NCBI GenBank assembly: GCA_030704615.1
Contig: CM060731.1
Span: 84,072,001-84,136,000, forward strand
DNA: 64,000 bases
Direction of reading: 5' to 3'
Origin: Takakia lepidozioides
Lineage: Eukaryota > Plantae > Bryophyta
Shown: piece after piece, positions 51,324-64,000 of the stretch
Position numbering within the stretch: position 1 is the stretch's first letter
How the letters are laid out: the number at the start of each line of letters is the position of its first letter
Position numbers and translations under genes: made by a program
Notes under the pieces: generated by a model
What the model was told of the DNA's origin: nothing
The model's input: the letters and a program-made list of their open reading frames with translations, nothing else
Database searches by the model: none

Positions 51324-53425
51324 TTAGGTCCTGTCACTTGAACAAAAATAAAAGTGGGCAGTGAATCCAGTGTCTTGTTTTGTTTTAAAACCCGAGGCTT
51401 GGCAAAAGGCATGTAGTGTTTCCCCGGCTGAGTTCAGATTTTCCACTGTGGCTTGAAGCACGAGAAATGTATCATCAACAAACATTGAGTCAATGAGATA
51501 AGTGGGTTGTCTTGTAATGTAGTTTGAGATACGGAGGCCTTTAATGCTTTGGTTTTGCTCCAGGAGATAGCCAAGGGTTTCGGTCACCACCAGAAAAAAG
51601 AATGGGGCCACCCTTGGTGGATAGATCGCTGCAAAGGGAAGGAACTAGAGATATAGCCATTAACAATGACTATGCTTGAAGAGGTAGTCAGTAGAATCTG
51701 GACCCATCTGCAGAAATCTGATGGGAAACCAATCTTTGCCAAGGCTGTGAGGAGGAAGGGCCATTCTACCCTATCGAAAGTTTTTTTGAAATCCAACAGT
51801 AGCATCGCTATGGCTTGGTTGGATCTGGAAGCAAAGTCAGGAACCTCTTGTGCTAAAAGCAGACTATCCATGATGAATCTCCCTTTTATGAACCCAGTTT
51901 GGTTGGGACGGATTAGAGAAGAGAGGCTGTAATCTAAGAGCCAGGGCTTTCACAATTATTTTATATGCCACATTCAACAGGGTGATTGGTCTGTAGTTAG
52001 AGATATTGGTTCTATCACCCTTTTTGTACAACAGGGTGATGACATCCTATGACATGGCTGGAGGCATGGAGCCTTGTTGAAATAGATGGTTTGGCATATT
52101 CGTGAAATCGGTGGAAATGTTTGACCACATCGCCTTGTAGAACTCAACAGAAAGCCCATCCATCCCCGGGGATTTGTTATTTTGGAGTTTTTCCAGTGCC
52201 TCCTCCAACTCAGAATCAGTAAATTCCCCCTCTAGAGATGAAGCTTTCTGACCCGAGAGGATAGTAGGTGTGTGGGCTAGACAAGCCATCTAGGAGGGAG
52301 ATGGAGTGAGGTCTATCATGTCACTCTTGATAGCAAAACTCAAAGCTGTGAATGTAGAGAGCCAAAAAATGAGCCTAGCCCTTGCAGTTATCAGGAAAAG
52401 AAAAGTAGTTGCCTTGACAAAATGCCTGAAAGTCTGTCAGTCGAGATTGGAGCCAACCAGATGTGATGAATATACATACCGTACCTATGTCGAGGCCAGA
52501 TGTAACCTTGACATCCACCACAAAATTCAGGAAAGAAAGCTCAAGTTGCAGGCTGGGGTTAATTGGTCTACCAAGGGCGAAAAAATAACGAATTGTTTTT
52601 TCGACAAGACTCGACTTCGCAGGGCAGCTCAAACCATCACAGAGCTCATTGACCATCCTTCTGGCTTATTTGCCATGATCCCCAAAGCTATGGCCGAACT
52701 TTCCAGGAAACATTTCGAGCTTTCAGTGGGATTTTGGTTGGGTAGCCCAACCCTGGCCCAGGCTTGCCAAAGACCCTGTTTAAAGGAAGGCCGCTTCAGC
52801 AGCAAGTTGTTGATTTTAAACATGCCTCTGCCCCGACGCTGAGAGTCTGGGAATTGTACTGACAGACCGAGAGACTATGGTTTTGCATATAAGAGAACCA
52901 GTGATCCATCTCTTCAGGATTGGGGTTGTAAGATCCCAGGCCCCTTCTATCCTCCGGGGCTTCCACCATATTAAAGTCACTAGATAAAATCCAGCTGTCA
53001 ATGGAGGGCTGGTGTCTCATTTTTGTATTGAGAGTGATCCAGAAATCAGCACGCTCAGCTGATGTGTTTGGTGCATAGATATTCACTAATCCTATTGAGC
53101 CCGAATTGTTGGGAAGGGTAAGCGAACAAAATTGAATTCTACCTGGGAGCCAAGTGGAGTTTGCGAAAAGATATGGTTGAAGGGAGGGAGATAAGAGTAT
53201 TACAGTCACCCCCCCTTGTACCCTCAGAAGTGGGTTTCCACATGGCATTGGCCAGAGGCCACATGTGGTCTGTGAGATGGTCTATTTTAGCCTGATCCAG
53301 TTTGTGCTCCTACAGGAAGACCACCGAATCGTTTGAGAGGAAGGGGGCGAGCCAGTTTTTCATTTTCACCCTTTTGAGGGAAGCTGAGTCTACCCCAAGG
53401 CCTCTGAGATTCCAAGAGTGAAGAT
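51324..53425 (-). mobile_element. L1-clade LINE ORF2 remnant (APE endonuclease + RT) with an inverted linker
   Basis: HSWNLRGLG...VVFL*EHKL, LVNIYAPN, WILSSDFNMVE; KSPGMDGLSVEFYK, LLLDFKKTFDRVEW, SMFVDDT. Segment about 52310-52718 (VNWSTKGEKITNCFF) is on the plus strand. Unresolved ORF1-like debris may extend to about 49900. Confidence 0.88.
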
Positions 53426-53989
53426 TAAGTATCATAAGGAGAGAGAGGTAGGCTTGGACTGTGAGTCAGATTTGATGGCCTACAAGGTCGGAAGGAGAAC
53501 TGAACTCTGCGGTGACGGGGCCTGAAAGATGTGACCCATACAAATGGATCTCGGGGATTTTGGCTCTTTTTGCAGACTTGTATGAAAATACCTCTAATGG
53601 TAGGAGGCTGAGGGTTGTCAGGCACAGTCCGAAACTGGTCAGCGGGGACTCTTGATATTGAAATGGTTAGAATCTGAACCCCCTTCGGGAAGTAGAGAAA
53701 AGATGTGGGCCGTACTTGGGCTTTCCAAAGACACAAGTAATAATGTCATGCCTGCAGAACCAGAAGACAGTCGTTGTTGCCTCTACCAACTTTGCACAAA
53801 CAAATCTTCCCGTGAAACAAGGAGTAGGGACTGCCCCAACTGGGTTCCTCCTTATCATCTCTCCACACCATTGTCGTGCAATGCTAGAGGATTTGGAAAT
53901 ATATTTTAATTCATAAATATAATATGCCACGTGGACGGGGACAGTGCACGTCGATCTTGAGTGGTTAAAGACACCTCATTGCTTTGTAC

Positions 53990-56900
53990 CACTTTGACAG
54001 TGGTGGAGAGTGGGTGGTGAAAGATACTGCAGTAATTGGAACCACTATTCTAGTGGTTGCTCATGAGTGGTTGCCTACAGACAAGTGATTGGTACCACTT
54101 TTTGGGTGATACATGAAAAATTTTAAGTGGTTTGTGCAGCTATGACAGACTTTGAAAAACAGACAAGTGGCCAGACCATTGTGGCATGATGCTATTGAAC
54201 AAATGGTTCCAACAATAAACTTTATTCTGAATCTGAAACATATTCGTCACCCTCCGAATCACTTTGCTCAACTGGAATAGCGGTTGGTTGCACAAACGCC
54301 GCTTGAATGGTAGCCAACATAGCCAGGTCTTCTTTATTTAGAGCCGTGGCACCATCTAATGACCTAGGTATTGGCTGATCTGATAAGGTGGATGGTGCCA
54401 AGGCCATCGAAATCTGCATTTTCTCCAATGTCACATTGATCTATGTCCACCACAATCCTTTTTGCTCTTGGATCCTTCCGAAGGACTACCTTCCACTCCG
54501 AACTTGGGGACTCATCCGAAAAGAACACATGTTCAACTTGAGATGGAAAGATGAACGGCTGATCATTGGCGGGTAACATCCTCCCAAAATTTACAAGTAG
54601 AAAACCATACGAATCCCGCTTCATTGTAGCATTTTGTCCAACAAGGTTGGCCCTCACCCAAGCACAACAAAATACAATGGGGTGCACTCGTCCATAATCC
54701 AATTTGAAGATCTCTTTGATGACCCCAACGTACTCCAATGGTGACATGACTGGATTTCTATCACGCACACTATTTCTGCTTTGTTGCTGGAAGACGGATG
54801 CAACTTCGGAATCAAAAGAGACAAGAAGACCACTCTCCGTGTCATCCACTCGATAATGATTTCCATACGCCTTCATGCCACGAAATGAAGCTAATCTCAA
54901 TGAGGGGGGAGTAGACAAATGGACTGCAATCTGTCGGAATGTTCCTGAAATGGTGTCACCAATTGCAGGATCTGTTGCAATGTTCATTTACAAGTCATTC
55001 TGCTCACTCAACCAGTGGTTTTCAAAGTATCATTCATGCTAGGTATTTTTTGCAAAGTAATGCAACACTTCATTGCTAACATGAGTCATTCTTGTTGCCA
55101 TTTTGTGATAGAAAATATGCAACAGAGAAGGCACAGTTCACTGCAGACAGAGAGACATGTGCTCGTGAGTGGCGTGCCAATCGTCGACGTCGCCGCCGTC
55201 GCCTTCCGGTGCCATACCCTCCCCATTTGTTGGAGTTTCCACCCCTACCGGTATGGATACGCCGTGCAGTCCAGGCCCATGTCTCTGAGCATGGTGTTGA
55301 GGATACGGAGTAAGAAATAACCACTACAGGGGCACTACCTTTTCCATTTACAAAGAACATTGAACTCAAACAAGTACAAGTGCAGGGGGTACCTTCCAGT
55401 ATGGTAAATCCCATAGGCAGCTGCGCCTTTTGATACCATGAACCTTGGCTGGATGAACTTCAGCATCAGGAAAAGCACGGGGGTCAAGGTCATAACCTTC
55501 AGCCTCAACACCAGCGGCCTCTTGTTCAACCGGTGTGAACCGATGTGGCTTCACACGCATCTCCACCTGTCCATTGAAGTGTATGCGGTTCCTGCGGTAT
55601 GGATGGGCCTGAGGGAGGAACCTGCGGTGACCTTGGTAGACAGTTTTGCCCAAAACTTTTTAAGTGTCTTGCATCTACAGGAGGACCGCATACTGGATAC
55701 CCTTTGTAGCCTTTCGTGACACATCCTGCAAGTAGGCCATAAGCAGGAAAATCATGGATGCTCCACAGTAGTATGAAGGTTCTCTCACCAACAGGTTTGC
55801 ATATGTCATATGCCCAAACCCCCCTCCACAAAACAAGTAACTCCTCCATCAGTGGTGCTAAGTACACATCTATGTGCTCACTTGTAACTGACTGCTTTCC
55901 TGGAATCAAAAGAGTAAGCATGACAAAGAACTTCTTTGTAGTGAGCCAGGGAGGTAGGTTGTATATCAGCGTCAACACTGGCCATGTTGACCAGCAATTG
56001 TTCTTATCACCAAACGGGTTGACTCCATCGAAGGAAAAACCAAGCCTTACATTGCGAGGCTCTGCATGTGAACAAGACTCCTCTCCCTCAAATGAGTACT
56101 CCTTCGCACTGGGCGTTCCACACATAGCAGGCAGTACGCGGGGGTCTTTCTTTCTCTCTACTCTCCCGCAATCGCCCGGGTCACTCACAACAAAACGCCC
56201 TCACAAGCCCAGGAAGCTCAAAAAGTGAAGCACACACACTTAGTACGCTTGCGTGAGAGACATGAGGTTGTCCAAGTGCCGGGTTGCATCCGACGGTCCA
56301 CGTCCATCCAATGGCGGAGATGGGATGTGGACACGTCGTTTTTAAAATAAATAAATTAGGGTACATATTAACCACTACACTAGTGTCCATAACCACTACA
56401 TCCTGCTGACATGGCAGTCTTCTAGGGGCTCTTGGGACCTCAACTACCTTTCATGAAACATACATAAGTTTGGCGTGGAAGCAACGCAGGGGAGGCCATC
56501 TCTCGGCTCAGGTGCTGCGATCGCATTGCAAGTGCACCTGGAAGGAGGGAACAATGCAATGAAGGAGGGAAGGAATCATCGCATGAACAGTATTCGAGCA
56601 GGGAGACAACTTCGACTTACAGTGCAGTGCCCTTGGAGCTCCAATCCAACAACCAAGCTTTGTTGTCAACTACCCTGATAGTACGATACCGCTCATATTC
56701 CACCATCCCATCGCATTCTCCTTGGGTAAGTGACTCCTCTTCTCCTCTTATTTCGCTCTCTGTTGAACCAGGTGCTCTTGCCAAATCGCCTCCAGTGTCG
56801 TTCAAATGTTTTGGGCTGCGTTCACTCGTTGCCATAGAACCTGCACTCTCCTTCAGCAAAATTGAAAAGAGACTGAGCCTCACAAGTTCAGTCACATGGG

Positions 56901-57313
56901 GTTACAAATGGCTTTGCGGATGAAATGTTCTCTTTGCTGTAGAAAACCTTGTTGCCACAACCAAACGTACTACCCACATCTTTCTACCATGCAAAGACCA
57001 TGGTGAGCAAGCTTGGGCTTGCTTATGAGAAGATCGATGCTTGCCCAAAGGGGTGTGTGTTGTTTAGGGGGGACTTGAAAGCTTCAGAGAGTTGCCCCAA
57101 GCGCCCGATTCAAAAATGTGGGGAGATCCAAGGTACCTGTTAAGGTGCTTCGCCATTTTCCATTGATACCACGCCTTTTGCGTATATATAGATGCTCTTC
57201 TATTGCAGAATTAATGACCTGGCACAGTCGGAATGCAAGCAACGATGGCCTTGTGCGCCATGCAGCTGATTCAAAGGCTTGGAAACACATTGATGCTACT
57301 TGGCCCGACTTTG
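53990..57313 (-). mobile_element. CACTA/En-Spm TnpD transposase (Transposase_21, DUF4216), broken into four blocks of alternating orientation
   Basis: Block A, plus, about 56885-57313: KIDACPKGCVLF, VLRHFPLIPRL, VRHAADSKAWKHID. Block B, minus, about 56066-55340: EPRNVRLGFSFDGVNPF, YNLPPW, WSIHDFPAYG, YQGHRRFLP. Block C, plus, about 55000-55320. Block D, minus, 54987-54364: AYGNHYRV, YVGVIKEI, DQPFIFPSQVEHVFF. ACCACT/AGTGGT subterminal-type repeats at 53990-54210. Confidence 0.9.
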
Positions 57314-57579
57314 AATGACGGAGAAGGAGTCCAGCGACTTGGAGACCAACCCGGGGGAGGATAGTGGAGCGATTCCTAGTGCTGACTACTCAGCAGAGAG
57401 CGAGAGCACGGACGAGGAGGAAGACCAGAGTGCTGAGAAGATCGTCGTTTGCATGACTCCTTCCAAGCGGCCCTTACGGACATCCACCCCAACCAAGGAG
57501 GGTAACAAGCCCGCGGTGGGATCCCTAAGACCCCTTCTGTCTCTATCTCTATCTCTCTCCCTCTCTCACCCTTAGTTCA

Positions 57580-59097
57580 CATAGTTGTGTCATTGTTAAC
57601 GGACAGAAGTCCAACTTCTTTGACATAGACCAAGGTGTAGCTCAAGGATGTACTCTCTCCCCTCTGCTCTTCAATGTTTTCATCAATCAACTCCTCAAGG
57701 ATGTGGAAAGTGAGGGATTTGGGTTAAGGGTGGGTGATACCACCATACCAGCCCTTATGTTTGCGGATGACTTCGCAGGCATAGGAGAGACTCCAACCAA
57801 TCTCCAGGAGTTGATTGATTGCGCGAAGAGATACTTTGATCTTTGGGGGCTAGAGGCTAATGTCAGCAAATGTGCAGTGGTAGCATTCAACGACAGAGGA
57901 GAGGGAGGAAGTGATCTTAAGTGGCAGTGGGGTAGCCAAGAGATCCCGGTCCTCCCTTCCTACACTTACCTGGGCGTTCAGTTTTCCTCCAATTGTAATT
58001 GGGATGCACATATCCGGAAAGTTGTTCAAACTGGCAAGGGCAAAGCTCTGGGGCTCACTAAATTTTTCCACTGCAGAGGGGTCAACTCTGAGGTTAAGAA
58101 AACAATGGTTTGTCACGTTATTAGACCTGCCTTGGAGTACGGATCTGCTATATGGGTTGATAACTCCAACTAGGCTAAGTTTGCAGAATCCATCCAAGTG
58201 GGGGTGCTTAAGGAGTGTATGTTAGCATGCTCCAAAACAGCCAATGTGGCTGTGTGGGGTGAGTTTGGCATTCCGTAGCTCCCGACAAGATGAATTCAAG
58301 GTCAGATGGTGGGGTCAGCTGCAACATATGCCCAAGACCAGATATCCTAAGTTAATCGACTCTATATCTTGGAAACAGGACCGCCCTGTCAAACAGGCTA
58401 AGTCCTGGGAAAGAGATTGCTAGAGATTCTCAAGGACCTAGACCTGGATCCGCAAGTCTTGACCCTGCTGGATAAATCTGACTTAGAGGCTGTAGTGTCC
58501 AAAGCCATGTCTGTTGCCATGAGATTGTCCGATGAAAATGAGGTTAGGCAGAAAACTTCCCTGAACTTGTTTCCAGTCAGTGACATAGGGGACGACATCT
58601 TGGATGACCTCAAGGGCCTACCCACTCTCGGCACTAGACTGAAATGTAAACTCAGGGCAGGAAGCCTACTTTTGAACATCAAACAGAAGCAGAGAGGAAA
58701 GGGAGAGTGTGATTGCCCGTTGTGTGGGCAATCTGAAGACAATATTCATTTTCTGATACACTGTCCGGGGTTCTCTCACCAAAGAGACGCTCTCTTCAAT
58801 TCTATCAAGGGAATTGTGCATGTACCCCTGTTTACCAACTTTGAAAGTCTCGAGGCTGAGCCAAAAGCCCAGGCCCTCCTGAGGCCTAGTTTTTGGGCAA
58901 ATCACACACAGCAGATTGATGCTTGTGTGAAGGGATTTCTAGAGGATATCTGGAAAACCCGGATTAATTCTTTATATGAAGGTAAGTCTTACTACCAATG
59001 TCAGCCCCTGACAAAGGTAGGTTCTGTTCCTTTTGTTCCTGCTCAAACTGGGCGTGGGGTCAATGGCCACAAGGCTACGGCAAACAACGTCTTATGA
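57580..59097 (+). mobile_element. 5'-truncated RTEX/CR1-like LINE (RT C-half, zinc-binding tail)
   Basis: GVAQGCTLSPLLFNVFI, ALMFADDF, YTYLGVQF, IRPALEYGSAIW, CPLCGQSEDNIHFLIHC, terminal GRGVNGHKATA. Confidence 0.9.
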
Positions 59098-59879
59098 GTA
59101 CAATGTCACCCTTAGTTCCTCTCAAATTGTGGAAGCAATTGAGCATTTTCATGATGTGTAGGGTTTAGGGTAGGGTTTTGTGTAAAGCAGAGGTAGAGGC
59201 AGAACCGAGCAAGGTTTAGTGTAAATCTAAGTGAGTAAGAGGCTGGGGTGTATGGCGGAGGAATGATCTTTGGAGTGATGAACTGATGGAGAAGGGAGTG
59301 TGTGGGGCTGGACTGAGAGTGAGGGAGAGGCTGGAGAATGGCTCATGAAATGTATATGCTTACAGTGACTGAGATGGTGATTGGTTTATATAACCAAGCC
59401 TATTACTACTATGATTGGCTTGTGAACTTAAGGCATGAGTGGTTGATTGTTTCATTTTGAACCTGATATGATTTGAGCCTGGTTCCGGAGATTTATCTCC
59501 AGACCTGCAATCTGCTTTTGTGATGAGTTTACAATCTGCATATATGGTGGTAAATGTTATATATCAAACCAAGGTTCTTTCCTAAATGTGAATGACCTGG
59601 AAACCTTGTTAGAAAAATGAATGGCTTACAAGTTGGACTATGTATGGCTTGACCCATGGATTAAATTTCAGAGGGTTAGAACATGTGTTAGGGTTTTAAT
59701 ACTGAATGGATGTGGAACATTGCTAGGGCGCCAGAGCATGACATTCCATGCATTCACGCCATTGGATGCCAAACTTTTTTTGGCACATTGGGCCAAGGTT
59801 TGTATGCGTTCACGAACTGCCGACCTTGCTCGTTGCCCGGTTGACCTAATTTTCCATAATTGCTAATTTTGTGGGGTGG

Positions 59880-60813
59880 ATGGGCTTGTGTTAGGCTGCA
59901 TCAAAGCGAGCAAAGGAAGGGGAGACTGAGGCTGTGGCGAATGCTACTGGTCCACCTACGACATGGGTGCAACAAGGCCCGAATGGCCCATGGGTGCAAT
60001 CCAAAGGTGGGCAAACGTGGCTGCAACAAGGACCACCTACCTGGCAGCAGCCCATGGCCCCTCCACAGACGATGAACACGTGGTCATGGATTCCAAGTGG
60101 GTCCAATGGAGGACCCCAAGGAGCTTGGGTACAAGGAGGTGCCCAAACTTGGGGCCCTCCATGCAACGCCACTGGTGGGCAGTGGGCAGGCCCCCCTTTT
60201 AATGGTGCTGCTCCTCCATTCACCCCCCTACTGGTGATGATCAAGATTCCACACAACAAGGGGATGTGGCGTCGCAGGCTACAAACAAAAAAAGACAAAA
60301 AATGCTAGCTGCAAAGGAACATGAAACTAATGCGAAAGCCCGCAAATCTGTTGGGCTGAAGCTGCACAAGGTACAACTAAACTCTAAGGGGGAAGTAGAC
60401 CAGGGGTGTGAGGGGAAGGATTACTGGCAGAGCTCCTTGCGGGGACTCTGCATCAGATATCTTGATCCTAGCATTTTGCTAGCAGACAAGCAGGAACCCA
60501 GTGACATGGCCAAGGTTAAGGAATCCATGGACGCGGAGTTTGAGTACTATCCTAAACTTGTGAGCGCTGACAAGTTTCAGAAAGCATGTGGGAGGATTAT
60601 AAAAGTACACCGCCAAAAGTTAAAGCTGGTGTGGTTGGCTGGAGGTCCATGCCCTCCGAGTGTAGAGTCCTACCATTGGGATGCATTGGTGAAGTACTGG
60701 GATTCCCCCAAGGGCAAGAAAGAGAGTGAGAACATTAAGAGAGCACGATCCAATGTTACCAACCCATTGAGGGTTGGAAGAGCAGGGTTGGCTGGACAGG
60801 CCCGACGCTTGGT
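59880..60813 (+). mobile_element. CACTA TnpA/Ptta-like ORF fragment with a W/Q/G/P-rich N-terminus
   Basis: HWDALVKYWDSPKGKKESENIKRARSNVTNPLRVGRAG (Transposase_24-like); truncated just after a GT donor by a CACTA terminus. Confidence 0.75.
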
Positions 60814-60815
60814 AT

Positions 60816-63800
60816 CACTAGAAGAAAAAACGGCTTTTTCCACGGCTTTTTTCACACTTTTTTCCGTGGAATCCGCCCCAGTCCACACCTGCCGTGGGTG
60901 TAAGAAACGACGAGTGCTTTCGGACACCCCGTGGACGGCCTGGCTCTCGGGTGGCCCTGTGGACAAGTCCACGGGTGGCTGAATCCACAGGTGGCCTTTT
61001 TCATGGGGTTCATGGCTTTTTCCACGAGCGACGTGTGCTTTGGCGAACACCGCCATGTGGATCGTAGATGTACAAAGGTGTGGACTTGTCCACACCTACG
61101 GGAAAACCATGCGACTGCCTGTCACCAGGGTTTCACGACATCTGGGCAATGGTGTGTGCAACACGTGTATTTTTGTGGGGATGACACGTGTATGGAGACA
61201 AAGAGGCGATGTGCACTTATGTGGAGCGGACATCTGGCGTGGCATGTGGGTGTGAAAAAAGCCATTCGGTGTGAGACCATCCACTGGCTGTTTTCACAGC
61301 TTCAGCAAGTTTGGGGGCCACGTGTTCCGTGGCAAACACCACCACGTGGATCCTAAACGTACAAAGGGTGTGGACTTGTCCACACCTACGGGAAAATGAT
61401 GCGACACCCTGTTACCTGGGCTTGACGACATGTGGGCAACGGTATGGGCAACGCGTGTATTTTGGAGAGGACGACACGTGGCGTAATCTGCATGGAGTGG
61501 GTGTGTAGTATTTTACTGCCTATACTGTAGGTCATTCCACATAGCCACAGGAGCATACCATAGTGGGTTTGAAATATTCTACTGCTGATGTTGTAGGTCA
61601 TTCCACAAAAATGTGGAAGATGCCACAGGCAAGCTACTGTTGATTTCACATATTTGTGACGTCATGGTGTGCACAATTATTCCATAGGCATCATGATCAT
61701 ATCACAAATCGTGATACTGTCCACACTGTCAGTTTCACAGTCCATGTGAAATATGACTCATATACATAAACACAATTCCAAAGCACTGCGGCAACAACCT
61801 GCTCATGACATGTACAATTGACTAAGCATGGCCAGAACAACAGAAAGAATGACCAGATGCAAGGGTGCTTCAAAGTTGGGTGCGCCCTTCATTGCCCAAA
61901 TAAAGTTTAGTCTGAACATGCAAGTATTGCAGAGTCTGCACTGCTGATCACAACCCCACAATGTACCCAAATCCTACATTGATGCGCACAATAACGAAAA
62001 AAAGGTGAAATCGATATGAAGTGGCGTTCAGTCAAAATTGCCTTCAAATTGAGGATCCCCCACAACCTCATGTTCGGGTCAGTTTGAGGAACTTGGTAGA
62101 CCACAGGGCCGTGCTGCCTACAGTGTCACTGAGCATCACAATGGGAGGCCTAACATCATTGTTGGGGTATGGTAGAGCAACATCTGCCCCATGTACTGAT
62201 TCAACCGAGACAACATGATAATCGGCATGAACGACATAAGCCAGCCAGTCAGTCGACATGCCCAATATATGGCCCACGCCTGCCTTCCGTTTGGGTGCAT
62301 TGGGGTCAAACATTGTGACCTTGTCACCAACCTGAAACTGGGACAGCCAACACCACCAATGTGTGCCCTTGTCATTTGTTATGCACATGCAACAGTTATG
62401 GACAGGGAAAACGCGAGATGCCATCATATAGCCCTACAAACAAAATACGGATGTACTTCCACGAAGGAAAACTTACAACAGGTGCCGGCGCTTTGAAGCT
62501 TCCCATACGGCTCCCATCAATGTTGCTGGCAGCAAGTCTTGCGGACTTCTTCCTCATATTCACCGCAACAATTTCCTTTGGTGGCTTTTGAATCAATAGA
62601 AACCCACACATGTACACAGAAGTCATGATTGGCCTGCAGGTATTGCATAATCGACTTGGAACAGCACAAGAATATAGGAACACGAGTACTTACCTTCCGT
62701 ACAACGGCCAATTTTGTTGTTGAATCAATGTTCTTCCCTGCCCCAACAATAACCACTCCTGTGCCCTTAGCCCCTGCCCCTATGTCTTGGGCACTCTGTC
62801 TAAGTTCACTGCCGGTGTGATCCTCCAGTACAGGCACTCCCTTCTCAATAAGGGGGGATAGGTCATCATTGGCACCATAATTAAGGCAAGGATCGTCACA
62901 TGCCATGTTCTGAACTTTGTCCTCACCTGTGGCATCTTCTTCCACAATACTGCCCCCTTTCCTTTGTCCACTGCCTCCACTGCTAGGAGGCTGCTCACCT
63001 GTACTTGTCATTTCCACAGTAGTCGCAGGTGGGACAACACCATGAACAGGGGGCGACAACTCACACACAATGTTTGATGTTGATGGAGATTCATCCCTCG
63101 GCAGGTCCAAACCGAGCTTCGCTGCCAATGCCATGTTGAACTTGTCTGTCTTAGATACTGCAGCGGCAAACATGGATTTCACTACCTGCAATTCCAATTT
63201 GTGCTCCATTGAGCTGGCCTCCATTGTATGTTTCCATCCTTCCAAGCCATCAAGCCGAGAAGCCAATGCTCCAAGGCCCTGCCACAAAAAGAGTGCAAAT
63301 ACGATTCAATACATCTATCGCACTAGCCATGCGAGGTAATTTATTGGACAACAACACAGGAAGGCAAAACCATAAATAATTGACAAGCACATCATTGCAA
63401 CAAATGCAGGTGGGTTAGTTACTTACAGATCGGGTGGCCCTGCTGAATCAGAACCATACCCCTTGTTGCTATTCTTGCTCCCCGAAATTTCGGATAGAAG
63501 TGGAGGACGACCACTTGTCTTAGCCTACACATGGACATGATATGGGAATATTAGTGCCATCCTCTAAGAGTAAGATACAAATGACAAGACACCTCACTAC
63601 CTGAATATATTGGCAATGTCATGAGACAGGCAGATTTACCAGACGTTCCTCAACGCCGCTAAGGCCACTGCGTCCAGATCTCGAAGGGGCACCAACATGC
63701 CCCCGTGCATGCTTGCCATTATCACGACTCTTTTGCCATTCGGGCGTGTTCCAATGCCTCACAAGTTCTGCCCAAGTCTTGTCCGCAACATAGTGGGGCT

Positions 63801-64000
63801 TAGGTTTGCCACGGGAGTACACTTTTCTAAACAGTTTGATGCGCTGGTATTTAATGACGCCTCCAATCTCAGTTCGAAGTTGGGCGCCAGTTATCCCAGG
63901 AGGTAAATATTCCCAATCATCTGCTAATAGTTCACCCACCTCGTCAATCAGACTTTGAGGTTGAAGATGGATGGGCACAGAACAGTCCAGCACACGTTGG
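60816..64000 (-). mobile_element. Second, nested CACTA element: terminus at 60816, subterminal repeats and a multi-exon TnpA-like gene running off the window
   Basis: CACTAGAAGAAAAAACGG at 60816 with CCACGG/CCGTGG subterminal repeats; duplication about 61045-61250 vs 61335-61500. TWAELVRHWNTPEWQKSRDNGKHARG (63619-63993) and a C-terminal VGDKVTMFD...ALPYPNND...LSDTVGSTALW domain (62050-62335). Confidence 0.75.

Overview
Eukaryotic nuclear DNA with GT-AG introns, most likely from a non-seed land plant (bryophyte-like; inferred from the PPR-DYW fragments, a PHD-bearing Ty3/gypsy element and a non-L1 LINE). There are two apparently intact host genes, both on the minus strand: a PIAL1/2-like SP-RING SUMO ligase (5633-14617) and a GGGRRC-repeat 'WRKY19-like' zinc protein (42985-48226). 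They sit in a dense field of degraded mobile DNA: piggyBac, RAG1/Transib-like, three or four Ty3/gypsy, L1, several copies of one RTEX/CR1-like LINE, nested CACTA and Mutator-like elements. There are also PPR-DYW and ALMT pseudogene pieces and one 500-N gap. The most striking unit is about 22.4-33.4 kb. An intron-containing minus-strand gene combines a ParB/Sulfiredoxin-type domain (WDGNHR) with a prokaryote-style beta-class amino (N6-A/N4-C) DNA methyltransferase fold. It lies head-to-head with a GCM-like/Mutator-type DDE transposase. Tandem arrays built from one palindrome (GGATGGAAATTCGGCGCCGAATTTCCATCC) lie between the two genes and inside the first. A second window-wide pattern is that unrelated transposons each carry internal inversions and templated patchwork junctions. 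All family assignments come from motif recognition by eye; no database search was run.
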